Positions 8,474 through 18,326 are shown, counted from the stretch's first letter. The stretch: 64,000 nucleotides of DNA from an uncultured Nitrospirota bacterium (GCA_964373895.1 CAYJWQ010000001.1:15690-79689); one strand, 5' to 3'. The notes: a model not told the origin generated them from the letters alone. Made by a program: numbers and translations.

Positions 8474-10264
8474 ATGAAAAACACCGACTTGCCCATATGG
8501 AACCTCGCCGATCTGTACCAGGGTGTTTCAGATCCTAAAATCGAAGCGGATCTGCTGCACGCCCTAAAACGCGCGGAGAGTTTTGAGGAAAAATACCGGG
8601 GCCAAATCACTTCCGGCCAGATAACGCCAGAAGAATTATCCGCCGCGATCAGAGAGCTGGAGGCAACATGGGAAGCGGGCGACCGCGTGATATCGTACGC
8701 CCAGTTGGTCTTTTCGGCTGACACGCAGGATTCAAGGCATGGAGCGCTCCTGCAACATGTTCGGGAACGCCTTAGTGGAATTCATCGGCATCTGCTTTTT
8801 TTTGAGTTGGAGTGGAGCGCCCTCTCTGACGCAAAAGCCAACGCGTTGATGGAGGCCAAGACCTTAGAAAAGGATGTCCATTTTCTGAAGAAAACCCGAG
8901 AGGCGGCGCCGCATCGGCTAACCGAACCTGAAGAAAACGTATTAGAGGAGAAAGCCAATACCGGCATCCGTGCCTTTGTGCGACTATTCGATGAAACGGT
9001 CAGTGATATTCTTTATCCTGTCAAATCGAATGGGCAGATTAGACTCTTATCACAAGAAGAGGCATTCTCCCTCCTCTACCATGCGGATCGCCCAACCCGT
9101 CAAGCCGCGGCAAAAGGGTTAACGGAGGGCTTTAAACGTCGTTCATCCCTCTTAACGTTTATCTTCAACCAGGTCATCGCCGACCACGCGAGCAACGACC
9201 GGCTTCGAAAGTTTCCTGATCCGATGGCTTCTCGAAACTTCTTAAACGAGATCAAGTCGGGAGAGGTGGAAACCCTTTTATCGAATTGTGAAAGATATTA
9301 CAGCCTGGTCGCGCGATATTATCGGCTCAAGAAAAAAGGGCTTAAACTGGACCTTTTGTATGACTATGACCGCTATGCCCCCCTTGTTCCCCCCTCCGAA
9401 CCGATTCCATTTTATACCGCAAAAGAGATGGTTCTCTCGGCATTTTATGATTTTTCACCCAAATGTTGGGAGGTAGCCTCTCTTTTCTTCAAAAAAGAGT
9501 GGATCGATGCTGCCATCCGGCCTGGGAAACAGGGAGGCGCCTTTAGCCATGGAACCGTTCCAAGCGCCCATCCTTATATTTTCATCAATTATCTTGGAAG
9601 CCTTAAAGATGTCATGACGTTGGCTCATGAATTGGGACATGGCATTCATCAATCCCTCGCGCGGGAACAAAATTATTTTAACTTTGAACCTCCTCTTACC
9701 ACCGCAGAGATGGCGAGCGTGTTCGCGGAAATGCTTGTGTTTCGTCATATCATGAATAAGGAAGATAGGCCGACACAGCGTTTGCACTTGCTACTGGAGA
9801 AACTCGAAGAAAGTTTTGGAACCGTATTTCGGCAGGTTGCACTCTGCCGGTTTGAACAGGCGGCACACACAGCGCGACAGAAGGGAGGAGAGCTAAGCTC
9901 TGACCGAATCAATACCCTCTGGATGGAGGCCAATAAGCCGATGTTCCAGGATTCGCTGATTCTGACGGATGATTACAAGTGGTGGTGGATGTATATCCCC
10001 CATTTTATTCACACGCCGTTTTATACCTATGCGTATGCGTTTGGCCACCTCCTGGTGATGTCACTTTATCAAAAGTATCTGCAGGAGGGAGAGGAATTTG
10101 TCCCCCGCTATCTTGATCTCCTCGCATCCGGAGGCTCTCTCCCTCCCGAAAAACTCCTTCATGACAAGATGGGAATGAACGTAAAAAATCCGCGCATCTG
10201 GTTAAAAGGGCTCGATTTTCTTGATCAAATGCTGGTGGAAGCGGAACGCCTTTCAGAAAAATAG
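8474..10264 (+). CDS. pepF: Oligoendopeptidase F (peptidase M3B)
   Basis: 596 aa. HELGHGIH zinc motif, with length and layout typical of PepF. Confidence 0.85.
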   Translation: MKNTDLPIWNLADLYQGVSDPKIEADLLHALKRAESFEEKYRGQITSGQITPEELSAAIRELEATWEAGDRVISYAQLVFSADTQDSRHGALLQHVRERLSGIHRHLLFFELEWSALSDAKANALMEAKTLEKDVHFLKKTREAAPHRLTEPEENVLEEKANTGIRAFVRLFDETVSDILYPVKSNGQIRLLSQEEAFSLLYHADRPTRQAAAKGLTEGFKRRSSLLTFIFNQVIADHASNDRLRKFPDPMASRNFLNEIKSGEVETLLSNCERYYSLVARYYRLKKKGLKLDLLYDYDRYAPLVPPSEPIPFYTAKEMVLSAFYDFSPKCWEVASLFFKKEWIDAAIRPGKQGGAFSHGTVPSAHPYIFINYLGSLKDVMTLAHELGHGIHQSLAREQNYFNFEPPLTTAEMASVFAEMLVFRHIMNKEDRPTQRLHLLLEKLEESFGTVFRQVALCRFEQAAHTARQKGGELSSDRINTLWMEANKPMFQDSLILTDDYKWWWMYIPHFIHTPFYTYAYAFGHLLVMSLYQKYLQEGEEFVPRYLDLLASGGSLPPEKLLHDKMGMNVKNPRIWLKGLDFLDQMLVEAERLSEK

Positions 10265-10325
10265 TGCGCGTATGCCTAATGAACCAACCTGTTTTTAACA
10301 GGTCGTGGATGGAGGATAATCTCGC

Positions 10326-11333
10326 ATGAGGATCTTGGTGACCGGTTCCGCCGGGTTTATCGGTTTTCATCTGGCCAAACGATTGTTGTCCCGTGGCGAT
10401 GAAGTGGTCGGAATAGACAACTTAAATTCCTATTATGATGTGAACTTAAAAACAGATCGGCTAAAACATCTTGAAGAGGAATCCCGATTCCATTTTGTCA
10501 GACTTGATCTGGTAGACCGGCACGCCATCGCCACCCTTTTCCAATCGGAGCGATTTGATGTCGTCTTTCACCTTGCAGCCCAGGCAGGTGTCCGCTACAG
10601 CATAGAAAATCCATACGTTTATGCCCAAAGCAATTTAGTTGGATTTCTCCATATCTTAGAGGGATGCCGCGCCACCCGAGTCGCCCATCTTGTCTATGCC
10701 TCATCAAGCTCGGTCTATGGGGCCAATACGAAGATGCCATTTTCAGTGCATGATAATGTGGATCATCCGATCTCCCTGTATGCCGCCACCAAGAAGGCAA
10801 ATGAGCTGATGGCGCATACCTATTCACATTTATACCGTCTTCCAGTCACCGGCCTTCGGTTCTTCACGGTTTATGGTCCCTGGGGGAGGCCGGATATGGC
10901 GCTTTTCCTCTTCACCGATGCGATCCTAAAGGGGAATCCTATTAAGGTCTATAATTATGGCCAGATGCAACGCGACTTTACTTTTATCGATGATATTATT
11001 GAAGGGGTCATCCGCGTTTCTGAAAAGATTCCCTCGCCAAACTCTCAATGGAATGGACAAGACCCTGACCCCGCGATCAGCGCAGCCCCCTATCGTATCT
11101 TTAATATTGGGAACCACAACCCGGTATCAGTTTTATCCCTTATTGAAATCCTGGAGAAATTTCTTGGAAAAAAGGCGGATAAGTCGCTTGTCCCCATCCA
11201 GCCTGGAGATGTTCCTGCAACTTTCGCCGATGTCGATGATCTGATGAGGGAAGTTGGCTTTAAACCGTCCACCTCGATTGAAGAAGGCGTTAGAAAATTT
11301 GTGGACTGGTATCGGGACTATTATCATCTATAG
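10326..11333 (+). CDS. NAD-dependent nucleotide-sugar epimerase (UDP-glucuronate 4-epimerase-like)
   Basis: 335 aa. [11 protein letters not shown] Rossmann motif and intact YAATKKANE (YxxxK). ...[12 protein letters not shown] is typical of this extended-SDR subgroup. Confidence 0.8.
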   Translation: MRILVTGSAGFIGFHLAKRLLSRGDEVVGIDNLNSYYDVNLKTDRLKHLEEESRFHFVRLDLVDRHAIATLFQSERFDVVFHLAAQAGVRYSIENPYVYAQSNLVGFLHILEGCRATRVAHLVYASSSSVYGANTKMPFSVHDNVDHPISLYAATKKANELMAHTYSHLYRLPVTGLRFFTVYGPWGRPDMALFLFTDAILKGNPIKVYNYGQMQRDFTFIDDIIEGVIRVSEKIPSPNSQWNGQDPDPAISAAPYRIFNIGNHNPVSVLSLIEILEKFLGKKADKSLVPIQPGDVPATFADVDDLMREVGFKPSTSIEEGVRKFVDWYRDYYHL

Positions 11334-11363
11334 AGAAGAGGGCTTTTGGAGTCTTGGCTCTTA

Positions 11364-11464
11364 GAGTCTGTGAGTTTGTTCCCGCACGGCTACGTCCGCC
11401 CGCACAGCGCGCGAGATGGGGGGGCTCCACGCGCCCCCTTTGCGGCTTCGCCGCATTAGAGTCT
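11364..11464. repeat. Family A repeat, partial/rearranged copy
   Basis: 11364-11401 matches 4000-4037 at 36 of 38 nt (gagtctgtgagtttgttcccgcacggctacgtccgccc). This is followed by a GC-rich module whose reverse complement recurs at 40865-40890. ttagagtct is present at both 11361-11369 and 11456-11464. Confidence 0.7.
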
Positions 11465-11520
11465 TAAAGAAACAATCTCTTTTTTGGTCTTTCTTCGGTT
11501 TGGTTGGGTGGCTTCCCAAG

Positions 11521-11853
11521 ATGTATCTAAAGGGAATATTAAAGTGGTGCCTACAATCATTGCCGGGAATGGCGGTGACCGGATTGTGTGGAGGGATCAT
11601 CGGACATTTTATGGGAGGACTTCTCTGGATTTTCGGAATGGCGATGGCGGGTAGCGTCTTGGGAATGATTATTTGGCGGATGGAGGGGCAACGATTTTTT
11701 CTCCTCGTGGTGATTGGGAGTTTTTTAGGGGGGATGTTGGCACTTTATTTAAGTGGCAAGGATTCTTTCTTGCTGGGTGCTGCTGCCGGAGGCGCCATTG
11801 GCGGATTTCTGGGAGTGAACCTTAATTTGTTGCGGCCCAGGCACTTCCCCTGA
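11521..11853 (+). CDS. Small Gly-rich integral membrane protein (hypothetical)
   Basis: About 110 aa with 3-4 hydrophobic, glycine-zipper-like segments (GGLLWIFGMAMAGSVLGMI, GSFLGGMLALYL, GAAAGGAIGGFLG). ATG at 11521 was chosen because the longer track ORF begins inside the family A repeat. Confidence 0.4.
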   Translation: MYLKGILKWCLQSLPGMAVTGLCGGIIGHFMGGLLWIFGMAMAGSVLGMIIWRMEGQRFFLLVVIGSFLGGMLALYLSGKDSFLLGAAAGGAIGGFLGVNLNLLRPRHFP

Positions 11854-11955
11854 TGGAAAATCCTCCGTTCTTTTAAGGATAGGCATGGCCGGGCCATGCG
11901 ATGGTTGACAAGAGAAAACACTTTCATATAAATTCACGTAAGAGGAATCTATAAA

Positions 11956-12252
11956 ATGGAAGAAAACAGCAAGACCATCCATACTAAAAAAGCAGAGGCA
12001 TTTAAAATTCAGCTATGGGAAGACCGCACGCGTGGGAGCCGGTGGACGCCTATTTATGATGCCGCTTCTCTAAAGTTAATGGACGATGATTACGTGCGGA
12101 CCCAAAATATCCGGGTAACCGACACTGGAATGCGTTACTTTCAATTTATAGCGCAACATATTGGAAAATATGAACTTATTTTTGAATTAAGATATGGATG
12201 GAAGTTCTCCGCAGAGGACCGTATTCGATATAACATTGAAGTTGTCGCATAG
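11956..12252 (+). CDS. Chagasin-like (I42) cysteine-peptidase inhibitor candidate
   Basis: 98 aa. L-WEDRTRGSRW resembles the NPTTGY-W loop and ...LIFELRYGWKF resembles the RPW loop of I42 inhibitors. No signal peptide is seen. This is pattern-level only. Confidence 0.35.
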   Translation: MEENSKTIHTKKAEAFKIQLWEDRTRGSRWTPIYDAASLKLMDDDYVRTQNIRVTDTGMRYFQFIAQHIGKYELIFELRYGWKFSAEDRIRYNIEVVA

Positions 12253-12277
12253 CCCCTTTAGCAAGGATGCTCCACAG

Positions 12278-12353
12278 GGTCCCATCGTCTAGTGGCCCAG
12301 GACGCTGGCCTCTCACGCCGGAAACACGGGTTCGAAACCCGTTGGGACTACCA
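12278..12353 (+). tRNA. tRNA-Glu (anticodon CUC)
   Basis: Hand-folded cloverleaf. Acceptor GGTCCCA/TGGGACT, D-arm GTCT...GGAC, anticodon stem CTGGC/GCCGG with loop CTCTCAC, T-arm ACGGG-TTCGAAA-CCCGT, encoded CCA. Confidence 0.9.
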
Positions 12354-12556
12354 TTTTGATTTTTGATTTCTTTGAGCGAGAATAGCCCAGAGATTCTGAT
12401 AGGAAAAAGGGAGTCTCCCGCCAGCCGAAGGTTCGAGCCAACCCGTCTTAAGAAATCTTTCAGCGGTTCGAGATATCGGCCGCAGATGGAGCTGTGGCGG
12501 AGGGGGATTGTGTTACGGCAAGACCTGAACCTTCTGCTCCTTGTGTCTCATCTTAA

Positions 12557-12883
12557 TCACCGGTAACGGGGAATCGTTGGATCAATTTGAGCATAGGCAT
12601 CAATCCCTCCTGTCAGGTTTTTGATCTGTGTGAACCCCTGTTTTACGAGAAACGCCAGGGCGGTCATGCTTCTGATTCCATGGTGACACAGAACCACCAT
12701 CTCCCCGTCGCAAGACAGCTCGCCGATTCTGACAGGCAACTCTCCCAGGGGGATGTGAATCGAATCAGGGATATGCGCCACGGCGTATTCCCATGCCTCC
12801 CGGACATCCAAAAGGAGAAGCGGTTCTCCACCTTCTATTTTGTCGCGAACCTCTTCAGGAGAGATATAATAACCCTGCGCCAT
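12557..12883 (-). CDS. Single-domain rhodanese-like sulfurtransferase
   Basis: 108 aa. LLLDVRE..E...HIP.SIHIP and the active-site loop CHHGIRS. Confidence 0.8.
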   Translation of the reverse strand: MAQGYYISPEEVRDKIEGGEPLLLLDVREAWEYAVAHIPDSIHIPLGELPVRIGELSCDGEMVVLCHHGIRSMTALAFLVKQGFTQIKNLTGGIDAYAQIDPTIPRYR

Positions 12884-13232
12884 AAGAATTCCACTCTCAA
12901 AACTTCGCCTATTATGGCATCCAAAGCATCCCTCGTCAAAGAATCTGGAAAATTGTCATCTACGAATTAAAAGTGCACTATACTCCTGACCATAGATTCT
13001 TTTTAACCCTCCTATTGCTTTTTCCCTCTGTCTTGTGGTTTCCTCCATCTGGGGCCCCTTTCTTATTTGTTGTTTGGCTCTGTGGAGTATCCACGGGGGA
13101 GCCACTTCATTTAAACTAGAAACAGTCTATCCTCCAATAAACCCGCTTCAAGGTAAAAGGAGGCTGCCTGAACCATCGTTTTTTGTGTCTCATTTTTATT
13201 GACAAGTTTCGGATCAAGACAAACCGAAAGGG

Positions 13233-14096
13233 ATGATATATATGTATGGCGAGGGAATGAGATCATTTATACGAATGTGGGTGCCTCCTGGTTTAGTCAG
13301 GTTGATTCAAGGTTTGCTTGCTTATATCCGGCCAGCTCCTTGGGAATATGTTCCAGGGGGATGGCGAATAGTGGATAAGCGGATTCTAGGATGGAATGAG
13401 CCGAGTGTTGCGGAGACACAAAAGAGGAATTGGGCTACTTTTGTAAAAGGCATACAAGGGACACGTCCTTTGGGAACCAATCCAGAAGCCCCTGACCGTG
13501 TTTATTCAGATGATCTTGATACACATAATATGATTATGTCGTTTGCCTATGTTTTAACCTTGACAGCGCTGGAGAAGAAGCGCATTTCGATATTGGACTG
13601 GGGCGGAGGTGTCTGTCATTACTATTTAATTTGTAAAGCTCTATTGCCAAACATAGATATTGATTATTCTTGCCAAGACCTCCCTGAACTCTGTCGTATA
13701 GGAAGAGAGCTTCTTCCTCAGGTCCATTTTTCTGAAGAAGAGGATGCGTGTTTCAATAGAAAATATGATCTTGTTTTTGCTAACAGCTCATTATGGTATC
13801 TGGAAAATTGGCAGTTGATGGTGAGGAAACTTGTGGCTGCTACAAACAATTCCCTTTATTTGACTCGTATGTTGTTTGTAAATAAAACAGAATCTTATGT
13901 TGCCGTGCAAAGGCCATGGGCATACGGTTACCGAACGGAGTATCCTTGTTGGATATTCAATAAAGAAGAATTCGTTCGTTGCATTACTTCGTTTGGACTA
14001 AAATTAGAGCGTGAATTTTTTCTCGGACAGGGGCCCCACATCTACCGGGCGCCGGAACGAGGAGATTTTAGAGGGTTTCTCCTTCGCAAAGCTTAA
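13233..14096 (+). CDS. Class I SAM-dependent methyltransferase of the type found in glycan clusters
   Basis: ISILDWGGGVCHYY is a motif I-like sequence and ...YDLVFANSSLWYLENW is a motif III/post-II-like sequence. The start is uncertain, with ATGs at 13233, 13242 and 13257. Confidence 0.55.
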   Translation: MIYMYGEGMRSFIRMWVPPGLVRLIQGLLAYIRPAPWEYVPGGWRIVDKRILGWNEPSVAETQKRNWATFVKGIQGTRPLGTNPEAPDRVYSDDLDTHNMIMSFAYVLTLTALEKKRISILDWGGGVCHYYLICKALLPNIDIDYSCQDLPELCRIGRELLPQVHFSEEEDACFNRKYDLVFANSSLWYLENWQLMVRKLVAATNNSLYLTRMLFVNKTESYVAVQRPWAYGYRTEYPCWIFNKEEFVRCITSFGLKLEREFFLGQGPHIYRAPERGDFRGFLLRKA

Positions 14097-14108
14097 GGTA
14101 TGATAGAT

Positions 14109-14126
14109 TTTTTAGAGGTGCCCTTA
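14109..14126. repeat. Solo end-fragment of the family C repeat
   Basis: tttttagaggtgccctta matches 1640-1657 (tttttagaagtgccctta) at 17 of 18 nt. It lies 10 nt upstream of the SDR gene start. Confidence 0.6.
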
Positions 14127-14136
14127 GGGTTAAAAT

Positions 14137-15162
14137 ATGGACGATAGACTCAAAATCTTTTCTGGAAAGAATGTTTTAATCACCGGCGGATTGGGGTTTA
14201 TCGGTTCCAATCTGGCAATGCGTTTGGTGGACTATGGCGCAAAGGTATTGCTGATTGACAGCCTTATTCCGGAATATGGAGGGAATTTATTTAATATCGA
14301 ATCAATTAAAGAGAGCGTAGTTGTTAATATTGCCGATGTCCGTGATGAGCATTCCATGAAGTATCTGGTGCAAGGACAGCATTATCTTTTTAATCTAGCC
14401 GGTCAAACGAGCCATGCTGATTCCATGGCCAATCCGTTCACAGACTTGGAAATTAATGCCAAGGCACAGCTTTCGATCTTGGAAGCTTGTCGCAAGTACA
14501 ACCGAGAATTAAAACTGATTTATGCCAGCACGCGCCAAATTTATGGAAAGCCCCAGTATCTTCCTGTGGATGAACGGCATCCGCTCTATCCAGTTGATGT
14601 AAACGGGATTAATAAGCTTTCGGGCGAGTGGTATCATTTGGTTTACAATAACGTTTATGGAATTAAGACTACCGTGCTTAGGTTGACAAATACCTATGGA
14701 CCTCGTATGCGGGTGAAAGATGCCCGCCAGACGTTTTTGGGTATTTGGATCCGGCAATTAATTGAAGGAAAGCCGATTTTGGTCTTTGGGGATGGCAAAC
14801 AGGTTCGAGATTTTAATTATGTGGATGATGTGGTTGAGGCTTTACTACTGGCTGCTGCTTCGGATGAAGCAAATGGGGAAATTTACAACTTAGGGGCGGA
14901 GGATCCGATTTCATTAAAAGATACGGCGGAACTGATGATAGGGATTTATGGCAATGGCAGTTATGAGATTGTTCCTTTCCCATCAGACCGAAAAATAATT
15001 GATATTGGGGATTATTACGCCGATTATCGAAAGATTCGATCGCGATTGGGTTGGAGGCCGAAAGCTTCCTTGGAAAGTGGATTAAAAGAGAGCCTCGACT
15101 ACTATAACCTCCATTATGCCCATTATTGGGAAGTGGGTGATGGCAAACCTATCAGAGATTAA
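14137..15162 (+). CDS. Extended-SDR NAD-dependent epimerase/dehydratase family protein (atypical active site)
   Basis: 341 aa. ITGGLGFIGSNL Rossmann motif, and ASTRQIYG in the Ser/Thr position. The expected P..PYG.SK reads PVDVNGINK, with Asn156 where the catalytic Tyr is expected. Confidence 0.75.
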   Translation: MDDRLKIFSGKNVLITGGLGFIGSNLAMRLVDYGAKVLLIDSLIPEYGGNLFNIESIKESVVVNIADVRDEHSMKYLVQGQHYLFNLAGQTSHADSMANPFTDLEINAKAQLSILEACRKYNRELKLIYASTRQIYGKPQYLPVDERHPLYPVDVNGINKLSGEWYHLVYNNVYGIKTTVLRLTNTYGPRMRVKDARQTFLGIWIRQLIEGKPILVFGDGKQVRDFNYVDDVVEALLLAAASDEANGEIYNLGAEDPISLKDTAELMIGIYGNGSYEIVPFPSDRKIIDIGDYYADYRKIRSRLGWRPKASLESGLKESLDYYNLHYAHYWEVGDGKPIRD

Positions 15163-15186
15163 TAGTAACCGCATGGGAGCATATAT

Positions 15187-16302
15187 ATGACAATTAAGGT
15201 ATGGGATTACTTGGAAGAGTATGAAGCGGAGCGGGAAGACATTCTCAATGGTGTTGAAAAGGTCTTTCGATCCGGCCGTTTAATTTTAGGAGAGAGCGTA
15301 AAAAACTTTGAAGTGGCCTTTTCGAATTATTGTGGTGCGCAACATGGAGTTGGCGTGGATAACGCGACCAATGGTCTTTTCCTGGCCCTCAAATCACTTG
15401 GCGTGGGTGAAGGAGATGAGGTCATTACGGTATCCAATACAGCAGTGCCGACAGTATCGGCTATTGTCAGCACTGGCGCAATCCCCGTCTTTGTCGATAT
15501 AACCCCTAAGACCTATTTAATGAATGTGGACCAAGCTGCTTCCGTCATCAGCGAAAAAACCGTTTGTATCCTGCCCGTTCATCTGTTTGGACAATGTGTG
15601 GATATGGATCCATTAATAGAGCTTTCCAAGAAGCATCGGCTTTCTTTAGTAGAAGATTGTTCTCAAGCGCATGGTGCAACCTATAAAGATAAAAAAGCCG
15701 GGTCTATGTCCGATGCGGGCGTGTTTTCATTTTATCCCACTAAACCTCTGGGAGGTTACGGAGATGGTGGGATCGTGACGACCAACCGAAACGACTTGGA
15801 TGAAAGACTCAGAAGGCTACGATTTTATGGAATGGAGAACGTTTACTATGCGGAAGAACACGGCTATAACTCAAGACTAGACGAAATACATGCGGAGATA
15901 TTGCTGCGGAAGTTAGGTCGATTGGATCAATATATCCAAAAAAGACGCGATCTTGCCAAACGATATTACGAAATACTATCTGGCACCTCATTGATTCTTC
16001 CGGAAGTTTTTAATGGGAATGGTCATGTTTACTACTGTTATGTGGTACGGCATTCCGAACGTGATCGTATGATGAAAGAACTTGCCGCTTGTGACATTCT
16101 TGTGAATATCAGTTATCCATGGCCGATTCACCTCATGCGGGGTTATGCGTATTTGGGATATAAACAAGGGGATTTTCCTGAGACGGAGGGTGCAGCCAAA
16201 GAAATAGTTTCCCTTCCGATGTATCCTAATTTGAGTTTTGAAGATCAAGATAAGGTTTGTCTTGCATTAGGGGACATTCTCGGAGAGAAGGTTAGACTGT
16301 AA
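15187..16302 (+). CDS. DegT/DnrJ/EryC1/StrS-family PLP-dependent sugar aminotransferase
   Basis: 371 aa. ...DNATNGLFLAL...DCSQAHGA...SFYPTKPLG (Lys for PLP) is typical of the family. Confidence 0.85.
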   Translation: MTIKVWDYLEEYEAEREDILNGVEKVFRSGRLILGESVKNFEVAFSNYCGAQHGVGVDNATNGLFLALKSLGVGEGDEVITVSNTAVPTVSAIVSTGAIPVFVDITPKTYLMNVDQAASVISEKTVCILPVHLFGQCVDMDPLIELSKKHRLSLVEDCSQAHGATYKDKKAGSMSDAGVFSFYPTKPLGGYGDGGIVTTNRNDLDERLRRLRFYGMENVYYAEEHGYNSRLDEIHAEILLRKLGRLDQYIQKRRDLAKRYYEILSGTSLILPEVFNGNGHVYYCYVVRHSERDRMMKELAACDILVNISYPWPIHLMRGYAYLGYKQGDFPETEGAAKEIVSLPMYPNLSFEDQDKVCLALGDILGEKVRL

Positions 16303-16319
16303 AAAGAAATTAATTCATA

Positions 16320-17414
16320 ATGCGATATTACTGTACCTATTTTGACCGAAACTACCTCACGCGTGGCATTGCGCTGATCCGATCTTTAAATCGGCATGAA
16401 ACCCAGGAATTTACCCTCTTTGTTGTATGCCTGGATGATCTCTCCCTATCGATTATAGAAAAGCTAAATTTACCGCATGTTGCCTGTATTCCTTTGCAAG
16501 CGATTGAACATAACGATTCTGCCTTATTGGCCGCCAAAACCACTCGTACACTGGTGGAGTATTACTGGACACTCACTTCAACCATAATTCTTCGAGTTCT
16601 GGAGTGGAATAACAATATAGAGGCATTGAGCTATTTGGATGCCGATTTGTTTTTCTTTTCCTCTCCTGATCCTATCTTCCAAGAATTGGGAACCCATTCT
16701 ATTTTGATTCACGAACATCGGTTTTCTCCGTCGCTCGCCCATTTAGAAAGGGAAAGCGGAAAATATAACGTCGGTTGGATGTCCTTTCGAAATGATGCGT
16801 CGGCTAAAGAGGCCTTGACCTGGTGGCGAGAGCGTTGCATCGAGTGGTGCTACGGGAAAGATGAAGATGGTAAAATGGGTGATCAGATGTATTTGGATGA
16901 CTGGCCAACCCGCTTCCCAAGAACAGTCGTTCTTCAACATATTGGGGCGGCAGTGGCCCCATGGAATCACGAGCAATATCAATTTACAAGGTCTGATTCA
17001 GGAGAAGTGCAGGTAAATCACGCGCCACTCATCTTCTACCACTTTCATTCTCTTGAAATTGCCTCTCCAGAGCTTGTGATTGCAACTAAGCATCTGGCCT
17101 ATCAACATTCGAAAGAGATCTTGCAGCTCTGTTTTCTGCCTTATGTGCATGCGCTATCGGAGTCTATGGGAATGGTCCGTTCTCTGCTTCCCGATTTTTC
17201 ATATGGGTTAAACGAGAAAGCAGTCTTAACAGATAAACATACCTTCCTTGCGAGCAAAACGATCACTCCCAATCTTGGCCATATCCTAAAGACTCCCATT
17301 GACCTTGATAACGAATGGATTGCTTATTGTGCGCCACGTTCAGCAACCATTCGAAAAACATCACTTTGGAATCGTTGGAAAGTTTGGATCCGAAAATTGT
17401 TGCCGATCGATTAG
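16320..17414 (+). CDS. Putative nucleotide-diphospho-sugar (GT-A/GT8-like) glycosyltransferase
   Basis: 364 aa. N-terminal YCTYFDRNYL..G, a DxD-like YLDADLFFF, and no TM segments. The family assignment is tentative. Confidence 0.45.
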   Translation: MRYYCTYFDRNYLTRGIALIRSLNRHETQEFTLFVVCLDDLSLSIIEKLNLPHVACIPLQAIEHNDSALLAAKTTRTLVEYYWTLTSTIILRVLEWNNNIEALSYLDADLFFFSSPDPIFQELGTHSILIHEHRFSPSLAHLERESGKYNVGWMSFRNDASAKEALTWWRERCIEWCYGKDEDGKMGDQMYLDDWPTRFPRTVVLQHIGAAVAPWNHEQYQFTRSDSGEVQVNHAPLIFYHFHSLEIASPELVIATKHLAYQHSKEILQLCFLPYVHALSESMGMVRSLLPDFSYGLNEKAVLTDKHTFLASKTITPNLGHILKTPIDLDNEWIAYCAPRSATIRKTSLWNRWKVWIRKLLPID

Positions 17415-17618
17415 AAGTCGTCTCGTATACTGCCCCTGTAATGCTCCCGGCAAATCTCGGCAACCGATCGAATCCCTTTATATCCCCGCAACTTTAAAAC
17501 CGGACATTTCACATGCTACCGACAGGGGCTGTATTTGGGATTGACAAAGGAAAATCGGTGTGGTAGAAATGCCGCGTTTGATTGGGTAACCTGCCTTTTC
17601 TTTAAGGAGAGTCTCACG

Positions 17619-18269
17619 GTGCAGGACATCTTCCTTGTCCATCGCGACGTCAACCTAATGTCCCATTTCCAGAAAGAGTTTGGAAAGAATGGGACCGCTC
17701 TCACCTCCGTTAAATCTGTCAAGGTCCTTACACAAAACGGTCGGTCACGTTCCCCAATCGTTGTTATTGATTCGGAAGGAGACTGGGTTCCAGCGGTCAA
17801 AAAATTACAGGCAATGAAAAAAGGGAGGAAAGAGTTTTATGCCATCATCTCCTCCACGTCGATGCTTAAAAAAACCGTGGCACAGATCCACGAAACAGTT
17901 TTAAGCTTAAATGCCAAGAAAGATGGCGACAAAGCGCATCAGGAAATCGTTTTGCCAAAAGATGAAGAGAATCAAGGATATGAACTACATTTAACAGAGC
18001 TTGTAGAGAGAAAACTGAACGATTTTGTTCAGAAAATAAAACACTGCAAGGTAACGAATTTATACGCCCTCCTGATTCGGGAGTTTGAGAAACCGATTAT
18101 TGCCCTTGCCTTACGGGAGACCCAGGGAAACCAGGTCCAAGCCGCGGAACTTCTTGGGATGAACCGCAATACCCTCCGAAAAAAAATGAATGAGTTAAAA
18201 ATCTCTCCCTTGAAGGATAAAAAAAGCAACCCACAGTGTAAGCGACCTATCCTTCACATCCTTAAATAA
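17619..18269 (+). CDS. Fis-type HTH DNA-binding protein with a degenerate receiver-like N-terminus
   Basis: C-terminal ...EFEKPIIALALRETQGNQVQAAELLGMNRNTLRKKMNELKI is a Fis-family HTH. GTG at 17619 is preceded by aaggag at a 9-nt spacing. The track start at 17535 is unlikely. Confidence 0.6.
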   Translation: MQDIFLVHRDVNLMSHFQKEFGKNGTALTSVKSVKVLTQNGRSRSPIVVIDSEGDWVPAVKKLQAMKKGRKEFYAIISSTSMLKKTVAQIHETVLSLNAKKDGDKAHQEIVLPKDEENQGYELHLTELVERKLNDFVQKIKHCKVTNLYALLIREFEKPIIALALRETQGNQVQAAELLGMNRNTLRKKMNELKISPLKDKKSNPQCKRPILHILK

Positions 18270-18326
18270 AGATGTTACTGCCAGAGTTTGCTTAATGAAA
18301 TAGCGGATGTTTTGCGGATGTTTTGC

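Noticed and set aside
11416-11520. The upstream part of the 145-aa ORF (MGGLHAPPLRLRRIRVLKK...).
   Set aside because: This segment is a translation of the family A repeat; the same peptide-like string arises from the copy at 40866. A downstream ATG at 11521 gives the membrane protein without repeat-derived sequence.
12354-12556. A 67-aa ORF (12363-12566) and two ggttcgag T-arm-like motifs downstream of tRNA-Glu, which could be tRNA pseudogenes or att remnants.
   Set aside because: No cloverleaf can be folded around either motif. Similarity to the tRNA-Glu 3' end is limited to about 8 nt. The ORF has no SD and an implausible composition. It remains a weak possibility only.
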